A DNA stretch of 44,582 nucleotides from Streblomastix strix (taxonomy: Eukaryota), in NCBI GenBank assembly GCA_008636045.1, contig SNRW01000013.1, positions 1 to 44,582 on the forward strand, given 5' to 3'. The notes below the pieces were generated by a model. It saw nothing but the letters and a program-made list of their open reading frames with translations, was not told where the DNA came from and made no database searches. Position 1 is the stretch's first letter. Every line of letters starts with the position of its first letter. This document shows positions 1 through 13,525 of this stretch, piece after piece. The translations under genes and the position numbers were made by a program.

Positions 1-3000
1 TTATTATAAAGATAGATTCAATAAAATGATATAGTAAAATAATTTTAATTGTACGAATTAGAATAAGAAGAATAAAAAAAGAAGAAATAGAATGAAAAAT
101 AATAGTTTAATAATAATAATTAACTTTTTGAAGAGAAACATTTGAAAGAAAAAGAATAGAATAAATTATTTGATACTTAATCGCTTTCATTCATTCCTCA
201 AAAATAATAAATATTTTAGTCTCCATCTGGTTCATCATCTTAATAATAATACAGTTAGTAGAAAGAAAAAGAGTATAAATTAATTAATTAAACTAATATT
301 CCAAGCCCTTACTTAAAAAATAGCTAAGTAAAAATAAGTAATAATAATAATATATTCTCTTAAACACTTTATCTCTTACAAAAAATGCAAATATAAGCAT
401 AATTAATATAATTTAATATATATGAAACATAGATATATACAGTTAGAGTGAAAAAAAAGAAGAAGAAGTAAATAATTAACTTGAATATAAATGAACATAT
501 TACTGAAGAATTGATTTAATAAAATGATATGGAATATCAATATATGTAATAAATAAGATTTATTCAAAATAATAATAGATAGTCAAAAAGATATATCATT
601 CATAATGTTAATATGAATTTTAATGCTGATTTATTATTTGCATCATCATTATTATAATTTGCAATAATATAAGAACACTAATAATTATTACAATATAAAG
701 AAATCATGAATTAAGAAAAATAACAAAGAGAATTTATACTTCAGATGTATGATATGATTGAAACAGAGAATATGAAGATTGAACAAGACAAATTATAGAA
801 TAACTAAGAAGAAAGATAAGAAATAGGCAAAAGTACTAATTTTATGAGAGAAGATGATGATAATACTTCTGATAAATAATAGTTAGAAAATGCAAATATT
901 AATATTAATTATCTATTTGGTGATTAATTCACCTCTCCTGTCAACTCTCGTGTTGTTCAACCTCCTTCTTCCATTTATCTTCCTCTTCCTTCATTATCAG
1001 AATTTGATCCGTCAACGCTACCCCTCCCACAAACATATCCTTCTGTTTCTAATTATTTTAACTACGAATCTCCAGCTAAAAGATAAAAATATGCGTATGA
1101 ACCGTATTATCCTAGTTCTTAATTGCTTTCATCTGAAATTCTTCCTCCTCCATCTCCCCATTAATTATAGCTCATTTTATTACATTAATAATTTAACAAT
1201 ATTCTGAATAGCTTATAGGAAGATGATGAAAATAAAGATAGTCAAAGAAATATTCATGATAAATAGTAAGAAGAATAAAAGGATATTTCTTAAATTTACT
1301 AATAAGATTATATATGGATGAAATTAAATTAAGGAATTGAATTAATAAAAAAGATTATTTTGATTAACAAAATGAATGATGCTCCTTTTTATTATAAAAG
1401 TCATTCTCATTCCGCATCACATTCTCTTTCTTCTACTTCATAATAAATTAATTCTCTTTTGTTCCCTACTACACTTTTATCTTCTTTTTAACTATAAATA
1501 GATAACGGTATTAAAATAAATGTAGGAAATAGAGATATAATGTTAGTATTTAGTATTATGATTGAAGTAAAAAGAGTGATAAAAGAAATGGAGAAGATAA
1601 AAAGAGAGAAAGAGAATAGAAATAAAGAGAAAATAAAATAGAAGAGAGTTAATAATAAAGATAAATAAAGAAAAAAGAATGAAAAGAAGAAGATTAAGCC
1701 AGATTTTGATAAAGTTAGAGAAATTAAAAAAGATATTACGCACAATCCTCCTTCTCCAAAGTCTATTTCTTCTTATTAATAATCTATATTATCATCTTCT
1801 TTATCATCACTTCCTTTATCATTCCAACATCCATCTTCATCATCATCTTCATCCTAATAAACCTTATCTCCACCAAACCTTACACTTAATGTTCCTCTTC
1901 TATCAATACCTACTCTTCCCACACTTATTCACTCATAAACAATTTCAAATGCATCTTCTTCATCTTTATAATAATTACTTTCTAATTCACCTTCCATTTT
2001 CTTTCTTTCTAATTCGTAATCACATTTATCTCCAATTTCGCTTCTTCCATCCTATTCGTCTCTTTTAAATCCTATTCTTTCTCATTCTAATGATTAACAG
2101 TATCAATAACAATAGCAACTTCCAGACTCTCAGATTATCTTAAATATTGCAAAATAATAATAAACGAATATTAATAATTTTATTAATTTTATTAATCCAA
2201 ATTCTCTTATTAATTAATCTCAATTTCCATTAACTCCATTTTGGTTCATTCCGTAATTTATTAAATATATATAATCTTCTATTTTATATTTTAATATTAA
2301 TATAAGTGAAATTTAACTAAATGTATTCGGAGAATAGAAATTGTTTATAAACTAATAATATAATGAATATGATAGAGATTGTTTAGAAGACGATCTAATT
2401 GAAGTATAACAACAAGGAATTGCTTAATTTGTGGTTTAATCTGAGAATATTGAAGTAAATTTTGCTTTATGCGCATGCGGAGCTTAAGATGATGGTTGGA
2501 AGGAAATAAACTTTTAGAAGATGAAAAAGAATACTTTAAAGGAAATAGGAAAAGAGGAAGATAAAGAATAAAATGAAAAAGAAGAAATATAATTTTGGAA
2601 AGATATTGTTTATTTTGATAAAGAAGATATTTCCCTTCCATTTATTAGTACATCCAATGAGCTAGGCAAAAAATAGACCAATTAAGATTATTCTCCTTCA
2701 TATTCATCTACCACATTTTCTTCTCTCATTTCTTCCCCTTCTACTCACTCGCCAACATCTTTAATAATAGTTTAGAGTTAATCGTCACTTACTTTATCTT
2801 TATTTTATTATAATATTCATATTGAACAATATGAACCAATAATTGAATAATTTATTATAAATTTTTTTATTAAACCTTAGTAATAAATGAGTTAAAGGAT
2901 TGATGATGAAAGAGTAAAGAATTTATTAGACTTAAAGGTTGAATAAAATATGAAAAATGAACAAATGCAGAATATTTAGAAAGATAAAAACAAAGAAAGA

Positions 3001-3737
3001 GAGTAATAATAACTTGATTCAAATTATTATTTTTCATAATCAATATAAATTTTAAATAACACAAAAGGAAGATAATACCCAATTGATTCTAAATTTATTT
3101 TAAAGAAATTTAAAAAATTATATAAATCATAATCTTCATAATTATCTCAAAATTACTAATTTATTTATGATATTTTAATGCACAGGTTGCAAGAAGCTAG
3201 TATAATTACTTATATTCCTCCTTCTTTCTCTGTTTCTTTTAATTAATAAAATCAATCAAAATATTCACAGTAATCTATTAATCTTAACGTATCAGCATCA
3301 ATGATTGAGTCGTTGTATAATATAATTTAATTTTGGCTTTAAAGTGAAAATTGGATAAATATAATGAAAATTAAGAAAGAAAAGAAAGAGATAAGAGAAA
3401 TGTAAGGAGAAGGAGAATGGAATTTTGCAAAAGATATTAATTTAGAAGAAGAAGAAATAGAAGAAGAAGAAGAATAATAAAATAGCAAAATAGAATCACC
3501 TTAGCAATAAAAAATATTATAATAAATAAAGAATTCGTCACAATCATAATATATATTAAAAAATATTACTGGATCTACTATTAATTTGAGATTCATTGAT
3601 ACTGAATAAGATTAAATTTAATACTTATAAGACTATAATACTTTATCAACTCCACCTTCTTCTTCTTTTTCGTAATAAGAAATTTCTATACCTACTTATA
3701 CAGAATATAACATTCCCTCTTATTTATTATATAAGCA

Positions 3738-3816
<79 letters not shown>

Positions 3817-6800
3817 TAATAAAAGAGTTAAACATTATTAAAATAAGAAAGCGAACAATATATATTTGATGATGATGATTATTATTTCTACGGAAATGTT
3901 ATTGCAAAAATTAATAAATAAAAATTTGGAAGAAGAATACGGTAATTAAATAAAAAATAAATGTTATAAAGAATCTTATTAAATAATAAAAGAAATAACA
4001 AATTATTATCAATACAAATTGAAGGATATGAATAATTGCCTTTTATTGATATTTAATATATTGACTGTGCAACTTTTAATCTTATTCCAAAAAATAATAA
4101 TAAATTTAAAATATAATAATAATTAAGAATAAATTTGTAATTATAATAAGGATTTAAATACCTAACATTTAGCAGTAATATATGTATAAAAAATGATACT
4201 AATATTGCTCTTATTCCTTTCTTATATTGTTATGAAATAGACACAGAGAATATTAATTGTGATAAAGAATAAATTGGGGAAAATGATAATTAGAGTGTTA
4301 AAGAAATATAATTAGATAAATAAAATCCATATTCATCGATATCTTCTCCATATTCATCAATATCATCACAATTTTCATAGGTTTCATCACCTTATTCATC
4401 TCTTTCTTCATAATCATCCAAATAATCACCTAAATAATCATCCAAATAATCACCTAAATAATCATCTAAATAATCTTCTCATAAGACTTAGATTAAGAAT
4501 CATTCATTTTCATCTTCGAAAATATCTCCAATATCTTCATTATAAACATCTTAATAATAATAATAGGAATAGGAATAATAAATATAATTAAAGTAAATTC
4601 CTCTCTCTTCTTTTTCATTACCCTTTCTTTTACCTAATTCTTCTATATTTATTCCATTAATTCCTCATTTATATTCATTTTCATTTAAACCTACAAATGG
4701 AAATGATTAAGAAGGGTATTAAACAATAAAAGAATGGAAAGAAAGTAAGCAAATTATTTTAAATGATTAAATTTAAATAGATAGATTCGATTCTAAGGAA
4801 ATAAAAAGAAGAAATGAATATATAATATGTGAATAAGAAAAAATATTAACTTCATCATAGTAATCATCGCCGCAATCTCCTTTAGAAATGACATTCTATC
4901 TTTCCATTAATAATATAAATAATGATTAAATTTATTAATATATTGATAATATAAATGAAAATTTGAGTTAGAATAAGAAAAATATAGGAAAATATGATAA
5001 TAATTAATAGTCAAAGTAAAGAATGGCAAAAAATAATATATTTGGAAATTAATAATTCACTTTTTCTCATTTTGAAGACCCAACAAACAATATTAGCAAT
5101 AACACTACTTCATCATTTACCCTATTCACTCTTTCACCTCCTCTTTCTCTATATAATGCACTTCCTCTTACTATAGCTGTTGAACTATTCATTCCAATTG
5201 GACAGACATTAATCGAATTAAAACAAATTGATAAATAATATTCAAATGAAAGAGAATATTAGAAAATTTAGAAAGAGATAAGTAAAAATCAATAATTAGA
5301 AAGATATTATAGAGGATAAATGATGAATGTATCTAGATAAAAAGATGCAGATTGTTGCCCTCCTTAACATACTGATAATATACTTGCACAATAATTACAT
5401 TAATTTGCCTTGTAGGATGAAAGAGAAGTTGAAGGAGATGAAATATTTTTAATTAATTAACAATAATAAATTCATTTTCAAGTAGGAAGAAGTTATCCTT
5501 TATTAACAATGTTTGGAAATGGGTTAAAGAAAAGAATGATTAGGAATAGCAATAATAATAAGCAAATTTTATAAATACAATCAAAAAATAATCCATTAGA
5601 TTCTTCACTTGCACATTATTACTAAAAATCATAAGATACACTTCATTCAATAATTATATTCATTTAACCAGGAAATAATTAGTATTTATATCATTTTCCG
5701 ATGAATTCAAATATTGCTATTAGAACATGTTATGCAAAATTAAGATATGTGAAAAAATAGAAATTATAATTAAATTAAAATTAATAAATTAATAATGAAA
5801 AAAAGATTGAAGATGAATTTAATAATTAATATTAAAGATCCTTAACTGCCGAATGTGGAATCCATTGGTCAAAGTTATATCTTTTACATGAATAATTATA
5901 ATAAATATAATTCTAATAACAATAAGAAATTAAGAAGAATAAGTAATAAATAAAAGAGAATGATAAAGGAAAGAAATAATATAATTATAAATTAAATAAT
6001 AATTAATATTAATCATTTATTCCTTCATCAAGGTTATTATTTATTGAATCAACAGCTATTGTAATGGAAATTCAGTAAGATTATTTATTATAAAATAAGA
6101 AAAAGAACATATTTAATTCTTCTTCATCATCGTAATAGCAGCAAACATTTAACATTTTATTCTATTCACCTTATTGGATTATAAATTAAACAGGAATAGA
6201 ATTAATATATTAAGAATAGCAAAGTGTAAAATAAATATAGGAATAATAATTAATTAACTAAATCTTAGAGCAAAATAAAATTAATTAATAAATTAATTTA
6301 AATAATATATCAACAGCCTCTGTGCCTTCGGATATAGTTATTCATCTCCCATATAATATTATTGACGAGGATGATTAATTGGATAAAAAATCAAAAAATG
6401 AAAGAATAATTAGAGATGAAGAACAAAATGAATAGCAATTGAATATTTTTCGTTAATACCCTCTTCCTTTCACATTTCATACATCTCAAATTCTGTATTA
6501 ATCTTAAGATAATGATAATGATAATAAATCTATAATTTAGTCTTCCTCTCATCCTCCTTCTCCTTCTTAATAATAAACTTCAAATTCACAACAATAATCT
6601 CTTTTATCCATTAATCCTCTACTCTGTCTACGCGTTGCACACCCTCGAATAGAAGGAAAAACTGAAGGAATTGATATTAATTCTTTATTTAATCCAAAAT
6701 CTCTAATAATGATAGATGAATAATAAGCTCATGAAATTTGTATTGTTTCTGAAAATGCTTTATTTCCATTTTCAAAAACTAAAACAATAGTAATATCTCA

Positions 6801-9800
6801 CAGATTTTAGTTTATTAATAAAAACGAACAATGGGATATTTGTGTGAGAGAATGGAAAGGAAAAGAGATGGAGAAAGAAGTTAAATTCAATTAGATTGAT
6901 AATAATGATTTTATTGTGGTGTAATGTAGAAATAAAGGATAAAAATAAGATTAATCAATTGGATGGACATGGAAAGATAAAGATAGCATTGGATTTAAAA
7001 TGAAATTGATATAAATTGCTGTTGTTAGAAGAAAGAATACAAAGAAAATTAAAAATAAAAGAGCAGGAATTAATATTAGAAATATAAATCCGAATAAATT
7101 GAAGTGGTCAGGAGCTATTCATATAGATAATGTTGAAGATTCAACAATTCTTTTATCATCATTTAGAAATAATATTAATAATATTAATTAGAATAAATAC
7201 AATAAAAACATAAACATTACAAACAATGAAATTAAACTTCCTTCTGAATCTCTTTATTCATTTTCATCAATCTCTTCTGTTCATTATTAAAAGAATATTT
7301 AATATTAATAATAAATATAATAATAATAAATGAATAAAAATTTATTTTCTCTTAATTCTAATTATTTGCAAAAAATTGATAACAATAACAACGATAAAGA
7401 TGAGTATGACTATAATTACAATGATATAGAAAATAATAATTTATCTTTAGTTCATGGTTTATTAATTCATTTTCACCCTTATGAAGATGAAGTAACAAAA
7501 GCAATAAAAATTGAGATGCTTGTTGAATAATGTAAAGAAATTTCAGAAGAAATAGCTGAAAACGACTTATTGAAAAAATAAAATTAATAAAAAGACAATG
7601 ACGAAGATGATGAAGATTTTGATGATAATAGTTCTTCATCTTCTTTAAATTCTTTATATCAAAACTTAGAATAATCTAAAGAGTAAAATGAATAATAGAT
7701 AGAAAGTGATTTTTCATCTTCATCTTCTCCTATTTTTAATTCTTCTTCCTCATCAACAACATTGCAATTTGAATTAGAAAAATAGGATATAAGAAAGGAG
7801 AAAAAGTTAAATAAGAAAAAAATTGAAAAACAAATTAATAATAATTAATTAAAAAATAGCTTTTCAACAAATTTAATATAAAATATATCAATAACCCCAC
7901 CATTCGTAATAAGAAATAAAACTCATTATTGTTTTTCAATATAATAAGAGGGTTTAGAACTTGAATAAATATTTATTTCACCTCACTCATCAATTCCGTT
8001 TGCTCAATTTGACTAATTGTTGGTTCCAAAGATGATTATAATAATTCATCCTTCACTTACTGGGTTTATTAATCGGAATATTTTATTGAATTTAAATAAG
8101 AATAAAGATAAAGAAAACGATTTTGATTCGATTTCAATAATTTCAAAATAATAATTTGATAAGGATGACATTTAATCATAGAATTCAACAGAAAAAGATT
8201 CTGTTTCATTGCTTAGCAATAGTAAAAGAAGCAATCATTCATAATCTTACACCCACTCTCATCATTCGACATCAGAGTATATCCATGAATCAGTTGGAGC
8301 ATCAATAACAATTAATATACTTGAAATGAAAACTTATGATCCAATTTCATTTGTCGATAATTAAGGAAATAAATAGCAATTTACTATTGTTTGTGGAACA
8401 GATGGTCCTGCTAGAGTAATTGATATTATAGCATTTGAATAATAAAATGATAATATTTAATAATAATTAGAAAATATTATGTAATAAGAAATGATTCAAT
8501 TTAATGAATTAGATAATGAATAAACTGAAAACATAGAAATTTACTAAAGAAGAAAGAGAATAATTGATGAGAGATTAAATAAAGCAAAAATAGGAGTTGA
8601 ATTTATTTTTCTTATTCAATAAATATGTATTTCATTTGTATCAACAAAAGGAGTAACGAGAAAGATAATTAGACTTAATAATAATTAATAATAATCTATA
8701 TAGCAAAGAAAAATCAATTAGTCATTTCGTCCATTTGAATTTTGCTTATTATCTTTTTCAGATATCAATTTACTATTTAGGAGAGATGGATAAATAGATT
8801 AGTTAGAAACATATATTAATAACATTTAAGTAGACAATCATATTCCTAATTCTTTATTTAATGTTATTTTAAGTACTGTAAATAGTAATGAGTAATATAA
8901 TGAAAGAAAGAAGGCGCTTGAATTGCAACTGCTCATTCTTCCAACATTAAATAATAGAACACCCAATAAAACATAAAATAATTCAATTTTATTATTTATT
9001 AATAATGGATATTTTTCTTTGGGTGAATTTGATATAAGAATGGAAGAAGAATTTATCAGAAGATTTATAAGATATATTGATGAATTGAAAATTATTAACT
9101 TATTCTAAGCAATATAAAAATCAATCAGTGAAGCATAATAAAATATTAATAATTCTAATTCTAACTCTAATATATTAGAAAGAAAAAGATATTAAACAGT
9201 AAGAAGATAGTAGGAGTATGATATCAGCAATGATAAAAATAAATAAATTAAAGAATAAGATAATGAAAAGTAAGACAATTTTTATTCACATCATTTTTTT
9301 GATTAAGAAACAAATATTAATAAGAATTCTATTTAATTGTTTAATTTAAATCGTGTAATTCCATAATTAAATAGAGATGATGAGATTGATAAGAATAATT
9401 ATTCTGATTTTGAAATGAAAGGATTATTTGAAACTAACTTGAATAACATTAATATAAAACAATATGAAGATAATGAAACTAGATTGGCAAAATTTGATGA
9501 ATATCAAAGATTGAGGAGAAAAAAACCTATTAAAAAATATGGACACTTTATTTTTATTGAAGAATTTGAGATTAGGCCAACGTCATTTAACATAGTGTTT
9601 AAGAAAGCAACTACTAAAGATTAAGAAAATTAAGATGATGAATAGTAAGAACAAGAACAATAAGGATGGATTACTTGGGGAAGAGATGCGATTTTATGGG
9701 GAGTCAGAAGCCCAATAAGTTTGGCAATGTCTATGGTCGGGGCAGCCGTAGCGAATATTGACACAAAAATTGGCCTTCATGAATTAAAGATGAAATTTGT

Positions 9801-11005
9801 GTATGAATAACTTGAGGAGATTCTTGAACGATTAAGAGTTCACTATTTTTCAGCTTTTAAAAGAAACATTTATAATGTATGAAATTTTATAATTAATTAA
9901 TAATAAATTTCTTTATTTATTATCATAGCTTATATCTGGAGTAGAGATAATAGGTAATCCGATTGGTCTAGTTTAAAGTTTAGGAAGTGGTGTTTATGAT
10001 CTATTTTCAGAAACAGCCAAGGGATTCGAAGGAGGACTTTATGGATTTACAGGTGGCTTATTGAATGGAGGATAAAAAATGATAAATAAAACCATATATT
10101 CTGTGAGTGATACAATTACGCGCATTTCATCATCGATTTCAAAAGGTATTTCGGTTGTTACTTTTGATAATGATGAAAGACTTGAAATAGATCAACATGG
10201 AAACAAAAGACTGGTTTCTGAAAGGAGAGTAGATACAAGAGGTCAAGAACCTCAAAATCCTGCTGAAGGTTTGGGAAAGGGAATTCATGCATTCGGAATG
10301 GATGTTTGGAAAGGAGTGAGTGGAGTTGTATAGAAACCAATAGAAGGACTTGAGCGATAAGGAGTATCTGGATTAGTTAAAGGAATTGGATAAGGGTTGC
10401 TGGGATTAGCTTTATAACCAATCAATGGAACACTAAAATTAGCAACAAAAACATTTGAAGGAGTAAGAAATATGACAGGGGAAAGGAGAGATGTAGTGAG
10501 TTGGATTAGATAAATTCGATACATTGGTTCATCTCATGTTATTTAGCCATTCAATGCGTTGCATGCTGAAGGATTTACATGGACTTTAAGTGCAACAGAC
10601 TTACTTCAAGGAGAGGACATACGAGGTCACAGTCTTGTTAGGCGCACAGATCTGCGTGTAATTGTTGTAACCAGCTTGCGCATTATGTATCTTGGCGAAG
10701 TATGGGGATCGGGGGGACAGTTTGAATTGCGCTGGGAATTTCCTATATCTGCAGTACGAAATGTAGAAATTGAAGGCTTAGATATTGCATTAATCATCAA
10801 TGTACATTCGATCGAAAGATAAACTAATGGTTAAAAAGATCAGATCGGACGCTATGATGGTATAAGCAATCCATAATTTAATACTGATCTATTAACTCAT
10901 AATTTCAGAGATCAGTAGCGAGTATTGATCCGCGTTGATGATGCTTCAGTATCAAGACGGACAAAGCTTATGCTGGAAAAGGTGATAAGCTCAAAATCTT
11001 TTTGA
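1..11005 (+). CDS. VPS13: VPS13-family bulk lipid-transfer protein, 5'-partial; exons <1..9876 and 9929..11005 (about 3,650 aa in window; TAA/TAG=Gln)
   Basis: Frame 1 stays open wherever spot-checked if TAA/TAG are read as Gln. VAB/SHR-BD-type repeat motifs are present (FYSPYWIINQTGIELIY ~6160, TIVISHRFQFINK ~6785, KWSGAIHIDNV ~7100, PPFVIRNKT ~7897). The spliced C-terminus reads HYFSAFKRNIYN|LISGVEIIGNPIGLVQSLGSGVYDLFSETAKG...GLGKGIHAFGMDVWKGVSGVVQKPIEG...GLVKGIGQGLLGLALQPING, typical of the VPS13 C-terminal/ATG2_C glycine-rich helices, followed by a PH-like segment (VIVVTSLRIMYL...LRWEFPISAV). Ends at TGA 11003-11005. Confidence 0.9.
3742..3816 (+). repeat. (AAT)25 coding microsatellite = poly-Asn tract in VPS13
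   Basis: Perfect AAT array in phase with VPS13 frame 1. Confidence 0.9.
9877..9928 (+). other. 52-nt spliceosomal intron in VPS13
   Basis: GTATGA...TCATAG boundaries and very AT-rich interior. Removing it joins frame 1 to frame 2 and restores the conserved VPS13 motif IYN-LISGVEIIGNP. Confidence 0.85.
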
Positions 11006-11408
11006 GATTTGTTTGTGAATATTGTAATATTTTTTATTTCCTCGTCATTGGAATTATTTTTATATCAATAAAAATTAAATTCTTTTCAATTAATGAATTT
11101 TTATGGATTAATTTTCTCAATAAATTAAAATAATTAAGTGGATTGAACTATATGATTCATTTCTAAATAATTAATAAGCAATTTTTAGACAATTAACTCA
11201 AGTTAACTATATATAAAATAAAATTTGATTGAACCAAAGCTGTACAAGCAAAATATAAATAATTAAAATAAAACTTACTTTCCAACAGCCATAACTCATC
11301 TAAATATTATTTTATACTTGAATTAAAAGTTAAAATATATTATTATTATTATTTTATATATCACATTCCCCAATTTATTTATTTAATATAACAGAACATC
11401 ATTTTGAA

Positions 11409-11825
11409 ATGACAACAGAAACGTTAGCTATTATAAAACCTGACGCTTATTAACACAGGCTTGAAATAATCGATATAATCAAAGAGAATGGATTTATAAT
11501 ACTACATGAAAAAGAAATTTTAGCTTCAAAAGAACTCGCTTCTCAATTTTACAAGGATCATGTTGGCAGATATTACTTCGAGAAGCTTATTAATTTTATG
11601 TCTTCGGGACCTGTTATTATTCTCCATCTTGCAAAAAAAGATGCTGTTATTGAGTGGAGGAAACTTATTGGACCTACAAATTCAAATGAAGCTCGAGAGA
11701 AGGTACCAAATACAATACGGGCAAAGTTCGGAACGGACGGAACTCTGAATGCTGTACATGGAAGTGGGAATGCCGAAGAGGCTGGATAGGAAATCAACTT
11801 TTTCTTCCCAAAATAAGGAAATTGA
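11409..11825 (+). CDS. ndk: Nucleoside diphosphate kinase (group II/NME5-7-like), 138 aa
   Basis: MTTETLAIIKPDAYQ(TAA)H...FYKDHVGRYYFEKLINFMSSGP...WRKLIGPT...TIRAKFGTDGTLNAVHGSGNAEEAGQ(TAG)EINFFF. The IKPD, FYxxH, MxSGP and NAxHGS (phospho-His) motifs are all present. Ends at TGA. Confidence 0.93.
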
Positions 11826-12342
11826 TTAAGTGCACAATAATAATTCATAAATATGCAGGTTAATAAAATTTGGCATTAGTCATTTCAAATTTTCATATTC
11901 ATATTTATTATCATTTTAATTTATCAATAAACTGAATGAGTGCAATTAAATTACAGTAAATATTAAATTTAATTTTGAATTTGTTTTAATTAATTATTTG
12001 AATGAATTTGAAAATTTTTCATTTTAAGATTTAAATATTATTTTGAAATTTTTTACAAATAATTCATTGAAATTAAGATAAAGTTCTATTATAGAGAAAC
12101 TACTATAACAATAACATATATTATTATTGAATTTAATTTAATCCAAAAAGAATTAACAAATATTTTATTTAATTCAATAATATAAAGAAATTTTCCCCAA
12201 TTTAAAAATAATTATCTCTTTCAATCTGTGTTTATAAAATGCGTTCAATAATTAAATTTCATAAAATGAAAAATATTTATTAATTCAATAAATTTATTTC
12301 TGTACAAATAACAACAACTTTAACCAAGAAAATGAATCTTGT

Positions 12343-12348
12343 TTTGTC
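12343..12348 (+). repeat. Target-site duplication TTTGTC (left; right copy 31823-31828)
   Basis: Left flank ...GAATCTTGT-TTTGTC and right flank TTTGTC-ATGATTATAC... rejoin to match the paralogous empty site GAATCTTAT-TTTGTC-ATGATTATAC at 39307-39331. Confidence 0.92.
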
Positions 12349-12625
12349 AATAATATAGCTAGGACGTCAATAGGGTATTTCATTTTTTTCCAGTGTTTTG
12401 CTCATTTTTCATTGAATTTCTGTGTTATTTGCTAAAGATGTTACAATTTTGAGCCTTTGAATTTTGAGCTAGTCTGAAATTTTTGGCCTTCAGTTTACGA
12501 TAACGGATTTTGAGCGAGCATTTTCATCGCAAACGAATTTTTAGCGTTTCGCATTTTTGATAGGGTAATTCATAAAAAAGCGATGTTTTGATAATTTTGA
12601 TGTGAATTTGTTCGTTAATATTATC
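12349..12625 (+). repeat. Left terminal inverted repeat (277 bp)
   Basis: Reverse complement of 31546-31822, with about 8 substitutions counted by eye. Begins AATAATATAGCTAGGACGTC. Confidence 0.95.
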
Positions 12626-12869
12626 GGTGCAGCTCAAAATTTAGCTCTTAAATCTGTTTGAAGCCGAAATTTTCGAGATTTAGTTTCATTTTAGTATTTG
12701 CGTGTTTTAGAGCTGTAATGTAAGATAATTTTAATGTAATGTATATAAAATGCATGAAAATAATATTGTCATCCATTATTTGCACTATCAAATAATACTA
12801 GCATATTCATACTTGATCCGATTTTCTGAGCCAAAATAAAAATAACTTTTCAAATCCTACATTAATTAC

Positions 12870-12980
12870 CGATCTTGATCTGATCTGATCATGATCGGAT
12901 CTACAACCTCCCCAAATTTATTTTTTAAAATTTTTTTATGTCCAGAATTCGATCTCGATCTCGATCTCGATCTTGATCCG
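12870..12980. repeat. Subterminal clusters of GATC-core short repeats
   Basis: GATCTTGATCTGATCTGATCATGATCGGATC (~12871-12901) and TCGATCTCGATCTCGATCTCGATCTTGATCC (~12949-12979). Confidence 0.75.
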
Positions 12981-13008
12981 GCGGTTTAAAACTAATTTTA
13001 GAAAAATT

Positions 13009-13081
13009 TGCCACTTATCGGTGTCGAACCTAAAACATTAAAATTTACGATGCAAACTCATGTCCACAGAGCTATTAAAGC
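13009..13081 (-). ncRNA. tRNA-like RNA polymerase III cassette (pseudo-tRNA / candidate viral small RNA)
   Basis: Minus strand reads GCTTTAA TA GCTC TGTGGACAT GAGT T TGCAT CGTAAAT TTTAA TGTT TTAGG TTCGACA CCGAT AAGTGGC A, 73 nt with tRNA spacing. It has an A-box-like TAGCTCTGTGG, a B box GGTTCGACACC and a paired D-stem, followed by a TTTTT terminator. Acceptor, anticodon and T stems pair poorly. Confidence 0.5.
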
Positions 13082-13114
13082 TAACACAAAAATAATATTT
13101 ATATATATTTATAA

Positions 13115-13525
13115 TCATTTTTGACAGAAAATTGATTTACTATTTAAAAATTCTGGTCTTCGTTTTTTTATTGAATTCCAATTATCAAATTCTTCCTAAG
13201 TCATATCATCATTTTTGTCTTTTGACATCAAATAATAAAATTCCCAATAATCTTACCAATATTATTAAAATTCTGATCTTTTTTCGTAAGGAACAAGCAT
13301 TTTTGGTTCAAGAAGATCAATATATATATTATATTGTATTGATTTTGGTAATTGCTTTATAAATTACGTTTATTATCTCATGTATGAATCTCTTTTCCTC
13401 TTAATTTCTTCTAAATCTACATAAGAATCATATTTAAGATGATTTTCAATTTCTGCAACTATGGAAATTTTATTGCTTGTCGACGATGTTGAAGTTGAAG
13501 TCATTTCTTTTTGGTTGTCTTTCAT
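13115..13525 (-). CDS. Viral hypothetical protein, 136 aa
   Basis: ATG-to-TGA ORF under TAR=Gln (MKDNQKEMTSTSTSSTSNKISIVAEIENHLKYD...QQYWQDYWEFYYLMSK...), divergent from pPolB. Confidence 0.65.

Noticed and set aside
3742..3816. Telomeric or non-coding satellite; 'poly-Ile' ORF 3596-3841
   Set aside because: It is in-frame poly-Asn within VPS13.
890..10524. Many short standard-code ORFs (hydrophobic, Ile/Leu/Phe-rich) in the supplied track
   Set aside because: They are off-frame or antisense shadows, or TAA/TAG-bounded fragments, of the single VPS13 frame.
13009..13081. Functional tRNA-Leu(UAA) in the virus
   Set aside because: The anticodon stem does not pair, there is no U33, and the acceptor stem has three mismatches; retained only as a Pol III-like cassette.
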